This document shows, piece by piece, positions 1 through 9,120 of a stretch of 61,018 nucleotides of DNA. Source of the DNA: Gemmatimonadota bacterium. Its GTDB lineage: Bacteria > Gemmatimonadota > Gemmatimonadetes > Palauibacterales > Palauibacteraceae. The stretch spans positions 1-61,018 of the forward strand of contig JBDLJJ010000002.1 of the NCBI GenBank assembly GCA_039714435.1, given 5' to 3'. The notes beneath the pieces were generated by a model, which was not told the origin of the DNA, did not search any database, and worked only from the letters and a program-made list of their open reading frames with translations. The position numbers and the translations under genes were made by a program. Within the stretch, counting starts at the first letter, position 1; each line of letters begins with the position of its first letter.

Positions 1-59
1 AGGGCAGTGGTTTCGTACCCGTTGGCCGGCGTCGTCCGGAACAGGCAGGCTGACCGCTC

Positions 60-1931
60 GTGGTGAGCGACACCGTCGTCGAGGAGGTTCGCGAACGAGC
101 CGATCTCGTCGAACTTTGTGGCGAATACAGCAAGCTGAAACGTACCGGCCGGACGTGGCGCGGGCCTTGTCCTTTGCATGGAGGTGAGGGGCCCAATTTC
201 TCGGTCGATCCCGGCCGGGGCATTTTCAAGTGCTTTGTATGCGGCGAAGGCGGAGACGTCTTCGCTTTTTTTATGAAGCATTCGGGATTCGATTTCCCCT
301 CCGCGGTCCGCCATGTAGCCGCCCGTGTAGGAATCGATGTTCCGGACGACGCACCCGCCAGGCCAGACCCCTACGGGCACCTTCGTGAAGTCGCGGCCTT
401 CGCTCAGGAGTGGTTCGCGGAGCGGCTGCTCGATGAGGACGAGGGGCGCAGGGCGCGGTCATATCTCACCTCGCGGGGATTCACTGCCGAGGACATACCG
501 AGATTCGGCCTCGGCTTCGCGCCCGCCGCCTGGAGATCTCTGCGGCAGGCGGCAGCGGCCCGGGGAATCCCGGAGGATCACCTGACCGAGATTGGCCTAC
601 TCGCTCAGAGCGAGCGAGCGGACGAACCCTACGACAGGTTCCGCGACAGGCTGATGTTCACGATATGGGACAGGCGCGGCCGTCCCATCGGATTCGGCGG
701 GCGGGCCCTCGGGACAGGCCCGGACAAGGGTCCCAAGTATATCAACTCGCCCGAATCGCCGATCTTCAAGAAGAGCGAGGTGCTGTTCGGTCTCAACTGG
801 GCCCAGCACCCGATCAGGCGAGAGGAAAAAGTGCTGATCGTAGAGGGATTTCTGGATGTCCTGGCCCTGCACCGGGCCGGCTTCGAGAATACCGTAGCTG
901 CGCTCGGCACGGCGCTCACGACAGAGCAGGCGGCCCTCGTCGCACGATTCGGGAAAAAGGCGATTCTGTTGTACGACAGCGACAAGGCGGGTTTGCGCGC
1001 CACGTTCAAGGCGGCCGACCGGCTCCTGGCCCAGGGTGTCCACCCCCTGGTGGTGACGCTTCCCGAGGGAGAGGACCCGGATTCTGTGGTGCGCTCGGGC
1101 GGGCCGGAAGGCCTGGCAGCGTTGATCGCGGAGGCCGTGGATGTGCTGGAGCGGAAGCTCCAGATCTTGGATCGGGGAGGATACCTGGACAGCATCGAGG
1201 GCAAGCGGCGCGCCCTGGACGGCATACTGAGCACGCTGCGGGCCGTGCGCGAAGAGGCTCTTCTGGATCTGTACCTGGACGTCGCATCGGACCGCACAGG
1301 GGTGCGCCGTGAGACACTGGTGCATGAAATAGCGGCGGAGAGGCAGCCGAGGGTGCGCGTGGAAAGGGAGCGGCAAGCCTCGGCCACGCGGCCAGACGTA
1401 CGAAGCAGGCCAGGTCCCGATGACTCGGCCGAACGTACCCTGCTGCTCCTGCAGGTCCGCGACCCTGGGCTGGGAGCCCGGGCCGCCGAGCTGGGTGTCA
1501 CGCCGGCGCATTTCCAAAGCGACGTGTGGAGAGCCCTGGCCGAGCGCCTGCTGGAACGGGAGCCGGGCGTAGAGGACGGGCGCGAGTGGGTCGCCTCGCT
1601 CCCGCCTGAACTCGTGGAGCCGGCCGAGGGCCTCCTGGCGGATCCGACAGAAATCGACCACGCCGCCGATCTATTTGACGCATCGGCGCGGCGCCTGTTG
1701 TTTCGGCAGCAGGTACACAGGCTGGATGAGATCGATCGTGAGTTGACCATGACTCCCGAGGATGGCGCGCAGGCCCGCGAGCTCCTGCGGGAGAAAGAGA
1801 ATCTGGCGCGAGTTCTTCGCGAGGCCGGTGTTGCACTGAGCTTTCTGCGCCGGGTATCAGCGGAAAGCCAGACGCGACGGAGCAGAGAACATGAGACGAG
1901 TGGGTCCGACTATGTATCCCATAAGGAGTGA
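60..1931 (+). CDS. dnaG: DNA primase DnaG
   Basis: 623-aa ORF with a GTG start. N-terminal CHC2 zinc finger (CPLHGGEGPNFSV...FKCFVCGEGGDVF) and Toprim-type motifs (VLIVEGFLDVLAL, LLYDSDKAG, EGEDPDS). Confidence 0.95.
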   Translation: MVSDTVVEEVRERADLVELCGEYSKLKRTGRTWRGPCPLHGGEGPNFSVDPGRGIFKCFVCGEGGDVFAFFMKHSGFDFPSAVRHVAARVGIDVPDDAPARPDPYGHLREVAAFAQEWFAERLLDEDEGRRARSYLTSRGFTAEDIPRFGLGFAPAAWRSLRQAAAARGIPEDHLTEIGLLAQSERADEPYDRFRDRLMFTIWDRRGRPIGFGGRALGTGPDKGPKYINSPESPIFKKSEVLFGLNWAQHPIRREEKVLIVEGFLDVLALHRAGFENTVAALGTALTTEQAALVARFGKKAILLYDSDKAGLRATFKAADRLLAQGVHPLVVTLPEGEDPDSVVRSGGPEGLAALIAEAVDVLERKLQILDRGGYLDSIEGKRRALDGILSTLRAVREEALLDLYLDVASDRTGVRRETLVHEIAAERQPRVRVERERQASATRPDVRSRPGPDDSAERTLLLLQVRDPGLGARAAELGVTPAHFQSDVWRALAERLLEREPGVEDGREWVASLPPELVEPAEGLLADPTEIDHAADLFDASARRLLFRQQVHRLDEIDRELTMTPEDGAQARELLREKENLARVLREAGVALSFLRRVSAESQTRRSREHETSGSDYVSHKE

Positions 1932-1933
1932 CG

Positions 1934-2653
1934 ATGGTTGAGAGTGAGACCGTAGAGACTCTTCTGTTTCTTCAGGAGATGGACGCTAGTATCGGGATGA
2001 ATACGGCCCAGGCCAGAGCGCTCGAAGCCGAGCTGGAAGGCCTGGGCACAAGAGTGACCGATGTTCAGCAGCAGGAGAAGGGGCTGACGGAAACGCTGGG
2101 GCGGACGGAGGAGCAACTCAAGCTGGGTGAGCGGACGGTGCAGGCTGGACGGGAGACTCTCAAGCGCCTCCAGGAGAGGGCCCAGGAGGTCCAGAACATG
2201 CGTGAGCACCTGGCAGCCAGGGCGGAAGTCGATGCGGCGCGGAACAACCTGGATCTGGCGGAAGAAGAAGTGCTAGAGGCCATGCAGATGTTTGAACGAG
2301 CCAAGATAGCGCTCCAGGACCAGCAACAGGCCCTGGCGGACGCCATGGCCGTGCTCGACGAACGTAAGGCTGAGATCGACATCGAGCGCTCTCGCCTGGC
2401 GGATGAGATCGCGGTCCAGAGGGACCAGCGGAAAAACCGTGCCCTGAGGATCGATGAGCGGGTGATCGATCTGTACGACACGGTCCGCGGCGGACGAACC
2501 GGTAGCGCGCTGGCGCCGGTAATGGACGGAGTCTGCGGCCATTGCTACATGGCGATTCCGAAGCAGCGTCAGGCCGAGATTCGGGCCGGCCGCGCTCTGA
2601 TAGTCTGTGAGGCCTGTGGTGTGATCCTGCACGTCCCGGACAGCTCACACTGA
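1934..2653 (+). CDS. Coiled-coil protein with C-terminal C4 zinc ribbon (DUF164/COG1579-like)
   Basis: Long heptad-like charged region, then CGHCYMAIP...CEACGVILH. AAGGAG at 1923-1928 lies 5 nt upstream of ATG 1934. The alternative in-frame GTG 1928 overlaps the dnaG stop. Confidence 0.8.
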   Translation: MVESETVETLLFLQEMDASIGMNTAQARALEAELEGLGTRVTDVQQQEKGLTETLGRTEEQLKLGERTVQAGRETLKRLQERAQEVQNMREHLAARAEVDAARNNLDLAEEEVLEAMQMFERAKIALQDQQQALADAMAVLDERKAEIDIERSRLADEIAVQRDQRKNRALRIDERVIDLYDTVRGGRTGSALAPVMDGVCGHCYMAIPKQRQAEIRAGRALIVCEACGVILHVPDSSH

Positions 2654-2657
2654 CCGG

Positions 2658-4391
2658 ATGATAGGTCTCGGCTCACAGACGGTTCCGTGGCTTGAACCCA
2701 CGCCTGTACGGGCCGATGACATCGATCGGCTGCACACTCAGACCCGGCTTCCGGCCTCTGTGTGCGAGCTTCTTATCCGGCGCGGAGTGGCCAGCCCGCA
2801 TGAAGTCCGCGCCTTTCTTCGGCCTGACTTGAGCGGCCTGCACGACCCCGCGCTTCTTCCGGACCTTCCCGCTGCCGCTGACCGAATCATGGACGCCGTC
2901 GCTTCCGGCGAGACGGTGCTTGTTCACGGGGACTATGACGCCGACGGTCTCACAGCCACCGCGCTGCTTACTCGTGGCCTGACGGAGCTCGGGGGGCACG
3001 CCTCCGGTTTCGTTCCCCACCGGCTGCGCGATGGATACGATCTTTCGTCCTCCGGCCTGCGCCATGCCGGGGAAATCGGTGCCTCCCTGTTAGTCACGGT
3101 GGACTGCGGTGTCACAGCGAACGAAGCTGTGCAGGAGGCCAACGCCCGGGGACTGGACGTGATTGTGACTGATCACCACCGGCCCGGTGCGCAGCTCCCG
3201 GCCGCCCTTGCCGTGGTGAATCCCCAACGCGCTGACAACAGGTATCCGAATCGGTCCCTGGCCGGGGTCGGGGTGGCTTTCAAGCTACTCACGGAACTGT
3301 TTCGGCGGGCGGAGCGCAGCGAAACCGACCTGAACCAGCATCTGGATCTGGTCGCCCTGGGCTCCATCGCCGATCAAGTGCCCCTGCTGGGAGAGAACAG
3401 AGCCATGGCGGCGGCGGGTCTCAAGGTGGTGGCCGCCAGCGCCAAACCAGGTGTTCGGGCCTTGCTGGAGAGAGTAGGCCATGACGCCTCCGGACCGGTC
3501 CGGGCGACCGACATATCGTTTCGTCTCGCTCCGCGCCTCAACTCGGCCGGGCGGCTGGGTTCCGCCGATCCAGCCTTACATCTGCTGCTCGAGGATCGTC
3601 CCGCTGAGGCCCACAGGCTGGCGGCGTTCCTGGAGGCCCGCAACGCGGAGCGGCGCGCAGAAGTCGATCGCGTTTACGACGACGTTGAATCGGGTCTGGA
3701 CCGGATCGCCCTGCCAGACACCGAGCCCATGACCATGATCTCCGGCGACGGCTGGCCTTTCGGCGTCGTCGGAATCGTCGCCTCGCGACTGGTAGACAGA
3801 TTTCATCGGCCTTCCGTCGTCATCGCGATCGAGGGTGACATCGGCCGGGGCTCGGCCCGCTCCGTGCCGGGCGTCAATCTCCACGCAGCGCTCCGCGAGT
3901 GCGCCGATCTGCTCGAACGGTTCGGGGGTCACAGCATGGCTGCCGGCCTGACCGTGCGTCCAGACCGGATTCCGGAGCTTCAGGACCGGCTCGGCGCGCT
4001 GATACGCGAGCAGGCGTCCGCCGCATCAGAGAGTAGTGGGTTGGCGACAGACCTGGTTCTACCTCTGGCGGACGTGCACCGCGAGTTGTACGAGTGGCTG
4101 GCCCGGCTCGAACCGTTCGGAAACAGCAATCCGGCCCCGGTGCTCGTGTCGCGCACTGTTAGTTTTGCCAAGGTCGAGCGTGTCGGGCCCGCCCTGAGCC
4201 ATCTCCGGGCCGAGCTGCTCGGCCCCGACGGTGGCCGGTTGCCGGCCATCGGTTTCGGTATGGGAGCGCGGGCGGCAGAGGCCGGGGAGCTGACGAGCGC
4301 TGACGTAGCCTATGAACTTCAGATCCACCGTTACCGAGGCCGGAGCCGGCTTCAGGCCCGCCTGCGGGACTTCAGACCTCATCCTGTGTGA
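2658..4391 (+). CDS. recJ: Single-stranded-DNA-specific exonuclease RecJ
   Basis: 577 aa. DHH-family motifs VLVHGDYDADGLT, TVDCG and VTDHH, plus DHHA1-like GGHSMAAG. Confidence 0.93.
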   Translation: MIGLGSQTVPWLEPTPVRADDIDRLHTQTRLPASVCELLIRRGVASPHEVRAFLRPDLSGLHDPALLPDLPAAADRIMDAVASGETVLVHGDYDADGLTATALLTRGLTELGGHASGFVPHRLRDGYDLSSSGLRHAGEIGASLLVTVDCGVTANEAVQEANARGLDVIVTDHHRPGAQLPAALAVVNPQRADNRYPNRSLAGVGVAFKLLTELFRRAERSETDLNQHLDLVALGSIADQVPLLGENRAMAAAGLKVVAASAKPGVRALLERVGHDASGPVRATDISFRLAPRLNSAGRLGSADPALHLLLEDRPAEAHRLAAFLEARNAERRAEVDRVYDDVESGLDRIALPDTEPMTMISGDGWPFGVVGIVASRLVDRFHRPSVVIAIEGDIGRGSARSVPGVNLHAALRECADLLERFGGHSMAAGLTVRPDRIPELQDRLGALIREQASAASESSGLATDLVLPLADVHRELYEWLARLEPFGNSNPAPVLVSRTVSFAKVERVGPALSHLRAELLGPDGGRLPAIGFGMGARAAEAGELTSADVAYELQIHRYRGRSRLQARLRDFRPHPV

Positions 4392-4945
4392 GTATTCGAA
4401 TTATTGGTGGCGATTTGCGGGGGCGGCGGATCCCGGCTCCTCGTGGCCGTACGACCCGGCCCACACCGGCCCGGGTCAGGGAAGCCTGGTTCAGTGCGCT
4501 GGGCGAGTCGGTGAGGGACTCCCTGGTTCTGGACCTGTACGCAGGCACCGGTGCGCTCGGAATCGAAGCACTGTCACGCGGGGCCCGTGAGGCGACGTTC
4601 GTGGAGCAGGATGCCGCGATCTCGCGCGCACTCCGGCGGACCGTGGAAGACCTGGGGCTGAGCCAGCGCTGCACGATACGGCGAGAATCAGTACAGACCT
4701 TCCTTGCGCGTCTCTCCCGAACCGCTTCTGATTTTGATATCGTGCTCGCCGATCCCCCATATGGGACAGGGGCGGCAGTGGCCCTCGCTGACAGATTCCG
4801 GAGCGACCCATTCGCCTCGATCCTCTGCATTGAACATGAGCCGGATGTGCTCGGTGAGGTGGACGGGCAGTGGCAGCGCCGCTACGGTGACACGGCCCTT
4901 TCCTTCGTATTCGCGGAACCACATGAGGTAGGCAATGGACTCTGA
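4388..4945 (+). CDS. rsmD: 16S rRNA (guanine966-N2)-methyltransferase RsmD
   Basis: 185 aa with the SAM-binding motif LDLYAGTGALGIEALSRGA and the catalytic ADPPY. The GTG start overlaps the recJ stop (GTGA). Confidence 0.88.
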   Translation: MSIRIIGGDLRGRRIPAPRGRTTRPTPARVREAWFSALGESVRDSLVLDLYAGTGALGIEALSRGAREATFVEQDAAISRALRRTVEDLGLSQRCTIRRESVQTFLARLSRTASDFDIVLADPPYGTGAAVALADRFRSDPFASILCIEHEPDVLGEVDGQWQRRYGDTALSFVFAEPHEVGNGL

Positions 4946-5444
4946 GCGAGTAGCGATCTACCCGGGCTCGTTTGACCCACTCACGCTGGGACATGACGAC
5001 ATCGTGCGGCGCGGCCTCAGGCTCGCGGATCGCCTGGTAGTAGGCGTTGCCGAGACCGCTACACAAACGAAGCGAACCGTGTTCTCGGTTGAAGAGCGGC
5101 TCGAGATCATGAAAGACGTCTATCAGGGGGAGCCTCGCATCGACGTGGTCAGTTTTTCGGGTCTCCTGGTCGACTTCGCCCGCGATCACGGTGCGCCTCT
5201 GATTATTCGGGGGCTGCGCGCTGTGAGCGACTTCGAATACGAGTTCCAGATGGCGCTCATGAACCGAACGCTGTGGAGCGAGATCGAGGTGATTTTCATG
5301 GCTCCGGACAGTCACTACACCTTTCTTAGCTCCTCTCTGGTCCGTGAGGTCGCTCGCCTGGGTGGAAATGTGTCTGGTTTTGTACCCGAGCCGGTTCTGG
5401 TTCGGCTGGAGGAGAAATTAGGGCCATCGGTGCGCGGCCAATGA
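4935..5444 (+). CDS. coaD: Phosphopantetheine adenylyltransferase
   Basis: 169 aa. The N-terminus YPGSFDPLTLGHDDIV (H/TxGH nucleotidyltransferase motif) and RGLRAVSDFEYE are typical of CoaD. Confidence 0.95.
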   Translation: MDSERVAIYPGSFDPLTLGHDDIVRRGLRLADRLVVGVAETATQTKRTVFSVEERLEIMKDVYQGEPRIDVVSFSGLLVDFARDHGAPLIIRGLRAVSDFEYEFQMALMNRTLWSEIEVIFMAPDSHYTFLSSSLVREVARLGGNVSGFVPEPVLVRLEEKLGPSVRGQ

Positions 5445-5486
5445 GGCGCGAGTCGAGCCGCGATACCAGGCGCGAGTCCAGCCGCG
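5444..5486. repeat. Intergenic direct repeat, 19 bp x2 with 1 mismatch and 24-bp period
   Basis: AGGCGCGAGTCGAGCCGCG (5444-5462) and AGGCGCGAGTCCAGCCGCG (5468-5486) fill the coaD-pta gap and end 1 nt before the pta GTG. Confidence 0.7.
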
Positions 5487-5487
5487 C

Positions 5488-6447
5488 GTGACGTTTCTCT
5501 CGTCGCTGGCCGAGCGGGCCGGTGCGACCGGAACCAGGATCGGCTTCCCCGAGGTGCACGAGCCGCGCACACTGGAAGCGATGCGCCGGCTCCTGGGCTC
5601 CGGGGTGAGGCCGGTGGCGGTCGCGGCCGGGGATGCCGCGGCCGGAGCATCAGCCCACGGCCTGGAGGTTCTGGACGCGTCCACCTCAGATGTTCGCGCT
5701 GCGACTCGGCCATACCTGGAGGCTGCCGGCCAGTCCGACGACCCGGGTTCGCTGTCCATGTCGGTCGCGCTTCTGCGGGCCGGGAGACTGGATGGCGTCG
5801 TGGCGGGCGCCGAAGCCGCTACGGCCGACGTACTGCGGGCTGGACTCCGACTTCTCGGCGTGAAGGAGGGAATCCGTACCGTTTCCAGTGCTTTCTACAT
5901 GGTACTTGGCCAGGCCGAACAGGAAGACGAGCGTGTGCTCACCTTCACTGACGGGGCCGTCGTACCGGATCCGACAGCCGAGCAACTGGCCGAAATTGCG
6001 GTGGCGGCCAGCGACGCACGGCGAGCGATCGTGGGTGACGAGCCGCGCGTCGCGTTTCTCTCCTACTCTACGGCGGGTTCGGCCGAAGGACCGTCCGTAA
6101 CGAAGGCTCGTGCGGCGGTCGAGTTGTTTCGAACTATTCGCCCCGATGTCGTCGCTGACGGTGAATTGCAGGTGGATGCGGCGCTGGACCGATCCGTGGC
6201 GGCACGCAAATCGCCTGGCTCTCCGTTGCATGGGGCGGCCAATGTCCTGGTTTTCCCTAACCTGGATGCTGCCAACATCGGGTACAAACTGGTCGAGCGT
6301 CTCGGGAACGCCCGCGCAGTGGGCCCGATCTTGCAAGGTCTGGATGGCGCCCTGAACGACCTCTCGCGCGGGGCTTCGATCGACGACATTGTTAGAGTGT
6401 CGTATGTAACGGCCCTGATGGCGGGATCCGCACAGGAGCAGACATGA
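5488..6447 (+). CDS. pta: Phosphate acetyltransferase (short PTA_PTB form)
   Basis: 319 aa. Pta-like blocks SSAFYM, FTDGAVVPDPTAEQLAEIA, VAFLSYSTAGSA, DGELQVDAA, ANVLVFPNLDAANIGYK, GPILQG and NDLSRG. GTG start. Confidence 0.85.
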   Translation: MTFLSSLAERAGATGTRIGFPEVHEPRTLEAMRRLLGSGVRPVAVAAGDAAAGASAHGLEVLDASTSDVRAATRPYLEAAGQSDDPGSLSMSVALLRAGRLDGVVAGAEAATADVLRAGLRLLGVKEGIRTVSSAFYMVLGQAEQEDERVLTFTDGAVVPDPTAEQLAEIAVAASDARRAIVGDEPRVAFLSYSTAGSAEGPSVTKARAAVELFRTIRPDVVADGELQVDAALDRSVAARKSPGSPLHGAANVLVFPNLDAANIGYKLVERLGNARAVGPILQGLDGALNDLSRGASIDDIVRVSYVTALMAGSAQEQT

Positions 6448-6776
6448 GCTTCACAGTCGAGAGCAACGGCGATGTTACCGTGGTGGAGGTGGCGGGTGAG
6501 CTGATCGTGGGGAATCGCCAGGAATTCAAGCAGGGCGTCCTCGAGAGCCTGGACCAGAAGGCGACGAGGTTCGTGATCGACTTCACGAATTGTGGCTATA
6601 TCGATTCAAGCGGTCTCGGTGTTCTCGTCACCCTATCCAAGAAAATTCGCGAACGAGGCGGAGAGCTTAGGCTCGCGGGTCTCAACGAGGACCTGCTCGT
6701 GCTCATGGAATTGACGCGGCTGGATACGCTGTTCAACATCTCCGATTCCCGAGCCGAGGCGCTGCAGGGATTTTGA
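6444..6776 (+). CDS. STAS-domain anti-sigma-factor antagonist (SpoIIAA/RsbV-like)
   Basis: 110 aa with the conserved phosphorylatable-serine motif YIDSSGLGVLV (Ser55/56). The ATG overlaps the pta stop (ATGA). Confidence 0.9.
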   Translation: MSFTVESNGDVTVVEVAGELIVGNRQEFKQGVLESLDQKATRFVIDFTNCGYIDSSGLGVLVTLSKKIRERGGELRLAGLNEDLLVLMELTRLDTLFNISDSRAEALQGF

Positions 6777-6787
6777 TCTACTGAACG

Positions 6788-9115
6788 GTGATCCCATCCG
6801 GCGTTCTGATTTGTAGCGGCCGCGCAGAAGTGGCCTCCGATCTCGAGCGGCAGTGGGCGCTTCTCGGGGTAGCCACCGAAGTGGCTCGAGCGCCGTCTGA
6901 ATGGCCCCGCGTGGCGGGCAATCTGGTGGTGATCGATCTTGCCGACCCGGGCCAGTCTGTAACTGAGGCGGCGCGGGCTTTCCCTTCCTCCGAGTTGATA
7001 GCGCTGGTGGACAATCAGTCGCTCGCCGGTCTTATCCCGGCTCTCATGGCGGGCTGTCACGACTATCTCCTTTATCCGATCAATTCCTCCGAGCTGGCTC
7101 TCAAGTGGCGACGGCGCGTGGATGGTCCTCCGGAACGGCCCGCCATCCGGACGGGAGAGGATGAAGATCATATCGGCCTCGAGTTCCCATCCGATATTCG
7201 CTACGTGCAGGATGTAGTCGACGAAATCGTGGCCGCCTGCGAAGCGAGGGCGTTTCAGGGGGCCCAGGCGACGTTGAACGTGCGTGTGGCTGTGGGAGAA
7301 GCGATCAACAACGCCATCCTGTATGGCAATCAGGAAGATCTGTTCAAGCGCGTCTCGGTGGCCGCCGTATTGCAGCCGGGGTCGGTTACGGTGACGGTGA
7401 CGGACGAGGGACGGGGATTCGATCCCGGCTCCGTGGCCGATCCCACCCTCCCGGGCAACCTGGAGCGCGGCCGCGGTCGGGGTCTACACCTGATTCGGTC
7501 CTTGGCGGGCGCGGTCGGGTTCAATGAACTCGGCAACGCGATCACGCTCCGGTTTACGTTTCCGGCTGTGTCGCCCGGCGTTCCCCCGGAATCTGAGTTT
7601 CCACGCCTGCGGGAGTTTCTCAGCCGCTACGAACGGCTGACGGAGACCAGGGTGCGCATTCAGATCGCCGGCGGCCCTGAAGTAGATGAGCGCAACACCC
7701 TGTACGATGGAATCAGGCCGCAAGAATTCGGTGCAGATTCTCCGCAGCTCAGTGCCGGCCCGTGGTCACTACCCGCCGGGGACTGCCTGTGGGCCGAGAT
7801 CGCCGGAGCCGATCCGGAGGCGGCGGATCTGACGCTCAAGCTGCTGGAGTTGGTGCTGCTGCAGGTAGTGGACTCGGAGCGAGAGGAGCGATTTCTGGGG
7901 CGAGAGTTGGCCGCCCGAACCAGGCAGATCCACCTCCTGACCTCAGCCGGCGAGACTCTGGCCTCGTACTTCGATCTCGAGACCGCGCTCCGGCAGTTGC
8001 TGATTGGTCTCAGCGACGTTCTCGAAGCTGAGGCGGCTGACCTGTGGCTGCTGGACCAGGATGCCGGAGCCCTCCTTCGCTTGGCAGGCTCCGGAAACCT
8101 GGGGCTGGGGCCGGCTTCCGGGGAGCGGCGGCCTGGAGCCGCCGTGTCCGAGGTGCATCGCTCCGGCCGTAGCGCCGTACTGGGAGGGGAGGGGGATGGA
8201 GAGTCGACCTCCCTGGCGGTCCCCGTCACGTTCATGCCTCCCAAGGGCATGCCCAAGCTGCTGGGCGTCCTCAGCCTGAGCGGATCTGCGGGTCGCCGTG
8301 CCTTTACCAGCGACGATGCCAGGCTCGCCAAGGCCATCGCCAGCCGCCTGGCGTCATCGATCGAAAACGGGCGCCTCGTCAGTGAGGGGAACCGGCGTGA
8401 GCAGGCCCTGGCCGGCATGAGTCTGGCGCATGATCTGCAGCTCAAGCTCCTGCCCGACATCAGCGACTTCGAAGGGTTGGGAGACATCGCGGCGCGCTGC
8501 GAGCCGGTCGAGTCGGTGGGGGGCGATTTCTACAACCTGATTCGTCTTCCCGGCGACAGGCTGGGCATCATGCTCGGTGACGTCTCTTCCCACGGGTATT
8601 CGGCCGGTCTGATCATGGCGTTGATGATGAGCGCCGCCCCCCTGGTAGCCGCGCGCACAGTGGAGCCAGGAGATGTTCTGCGAGACATTCATCGCCTGCT
8701 TGTCCGAAAGCTCGAGTCCACGGAGATGTACATGACCGTGTTCTACGGAGTGCTGGACCAGGGCGCGGGTACGCTCTGCTTCGCCAACGCCGGCCATCCT
8801 CACGCGTTCCGGGTCGGGACGGGCGAAAGCGAGCGGCTTGGGGCCCTGAACCCGCCCCTGGGAATTGCGGAGTTCGATTCTTATGCTCAGGCGGACACGA
8901 GATGGAGCTCCGGCTCGGATACTCTGCTCTTGTTCACAGACGGGCTGACTGAGTGCGACCGAGCGCGGAACCAGTGGTCCGACGACCATCTCGTGCAGGC
9001 GGTTCGCAGCCGGGCAGACGCCGGGGCGGCCGAAATCCTGAACACGGTTTTCGAGCTGACCTGTCCTCTCGGGGCGGAGATCTCCGATGATCGTACCGCT
9101 TTGATCGTCAGGTAG
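6788..9115 (+). CDS. Multidomain partner-switching protein: receiver-like, RsbW/SpoIIAB-type HATPase, GAF and PP2C (SpoIIE) phosphatase domains
   Basis: 775 aa. Residues ~1-115 are CheY-like (VVIDLADPG, GCHDYLLYPINSSEL) but lack the N-terminal acidic pair. Residues ~130-262 carry HATPase N, G1 and G2 boxes (GEAINNAILYGN, VTDEGRGFDP, GRGRGLHLI). Residues ~330-530 look GAF-like. Residues ~540-775 carry PP2C motifs (GGDFYNLIRL, GDVSSHGYSAG, FTDGLTE, DDRTALIV). Confidence 0.85.
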   Translation: MIPSGVLICSGRAEVASDLERQWALLGVATEVARAPSEWPRVAGNLVVIDLADPGQSVTEAARAFPSSELIALVDNQSLAGLIPALMAGCHDYLLYPINSSELALKWRRRVDGPPERPAIRTGEDEDHIGLEFPSDIRYVQDVVDEIVAACEARAFQGAQATLNVRVAVGEAINNAILYGNQEDLFKRVSVAAVLQPGSVTVTVTDEGRGFDPGSVADPTLPGNLERGRGRGLHLIRSLAGAVGFNELGNAITLRFTFPAVSPGVPPESEFPRLREFLSRYERLTETRVRIQIAGGPEVDERNTLYDGIRPQEFGADSPQLSAGPWSLPAGDCLWAEIAGADPEAADLTLKLLELVLLQVVDSEREERFLGRELAARTRQIHLLTSAGETLASYFDLETALRQLLIGLSDVLEAEAADLWLLDQDAGALLRLAGSGNLGLGPASGERRPGAAVSEVHRSGRSAVLGGEGDGESTSLAVPVTFMPPKGMPKLLGVLSLSGSAGRRAFTSDDARLAKAIASRLASSIENGRLVSEGNRREQALAGMSLAHDLQLKLLPDISDFEGLGDIAARCEPVESVGGDFYNLIRLPGDRLGIMLGDVSSHGYSAGLIMALMMSAAPLVAARTVEPGDVLRDIHRLLVRKLESTEMYMTVFYGVLDQGAGTLCFANAGHPHAFRVGTGESERLGALNPPLGIAEFDSYAQADTRWSSGSDTLLLFTDGLTECDRARNQWSDDHLVQAVRSRADAGAAEILNTVFELTCPLGAEISDDRTALIVR

Positions 9116-9120
9116 GAGCT

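Noticed and set aside
597-1750. Long antisense ORFs (354 and 373 aa) opposite dnaG. Similar ones lie opposite thiI (32133-33383, 416 aa), gatA (45938-46873, 311 aa), infB/rbfA/truB (57690-59108, 472 aa) and the propeller, HK and murA genes.
   Set aside because: They lie fully within strongly supported genes on the other strand. Their translations are Arg/Pro/Ser/Gly-rich and low-complexity, with no recognisable motifs. This is the expected stop-codon-poor antisense frame of GC-rich DNA.
60-2653. Expected rpsU-dnaG-rpoD macromolecular-synthesis operon.
   Set aside because: dnaG is followed by a zinc-ribbon coiled-coil gene and recJ, not rpoD. The upstream side is cut by the window edge, so nothing can be said about rpsU. 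The absence of rpoD here is a lineage-variable arrangement rather than an anomaly.
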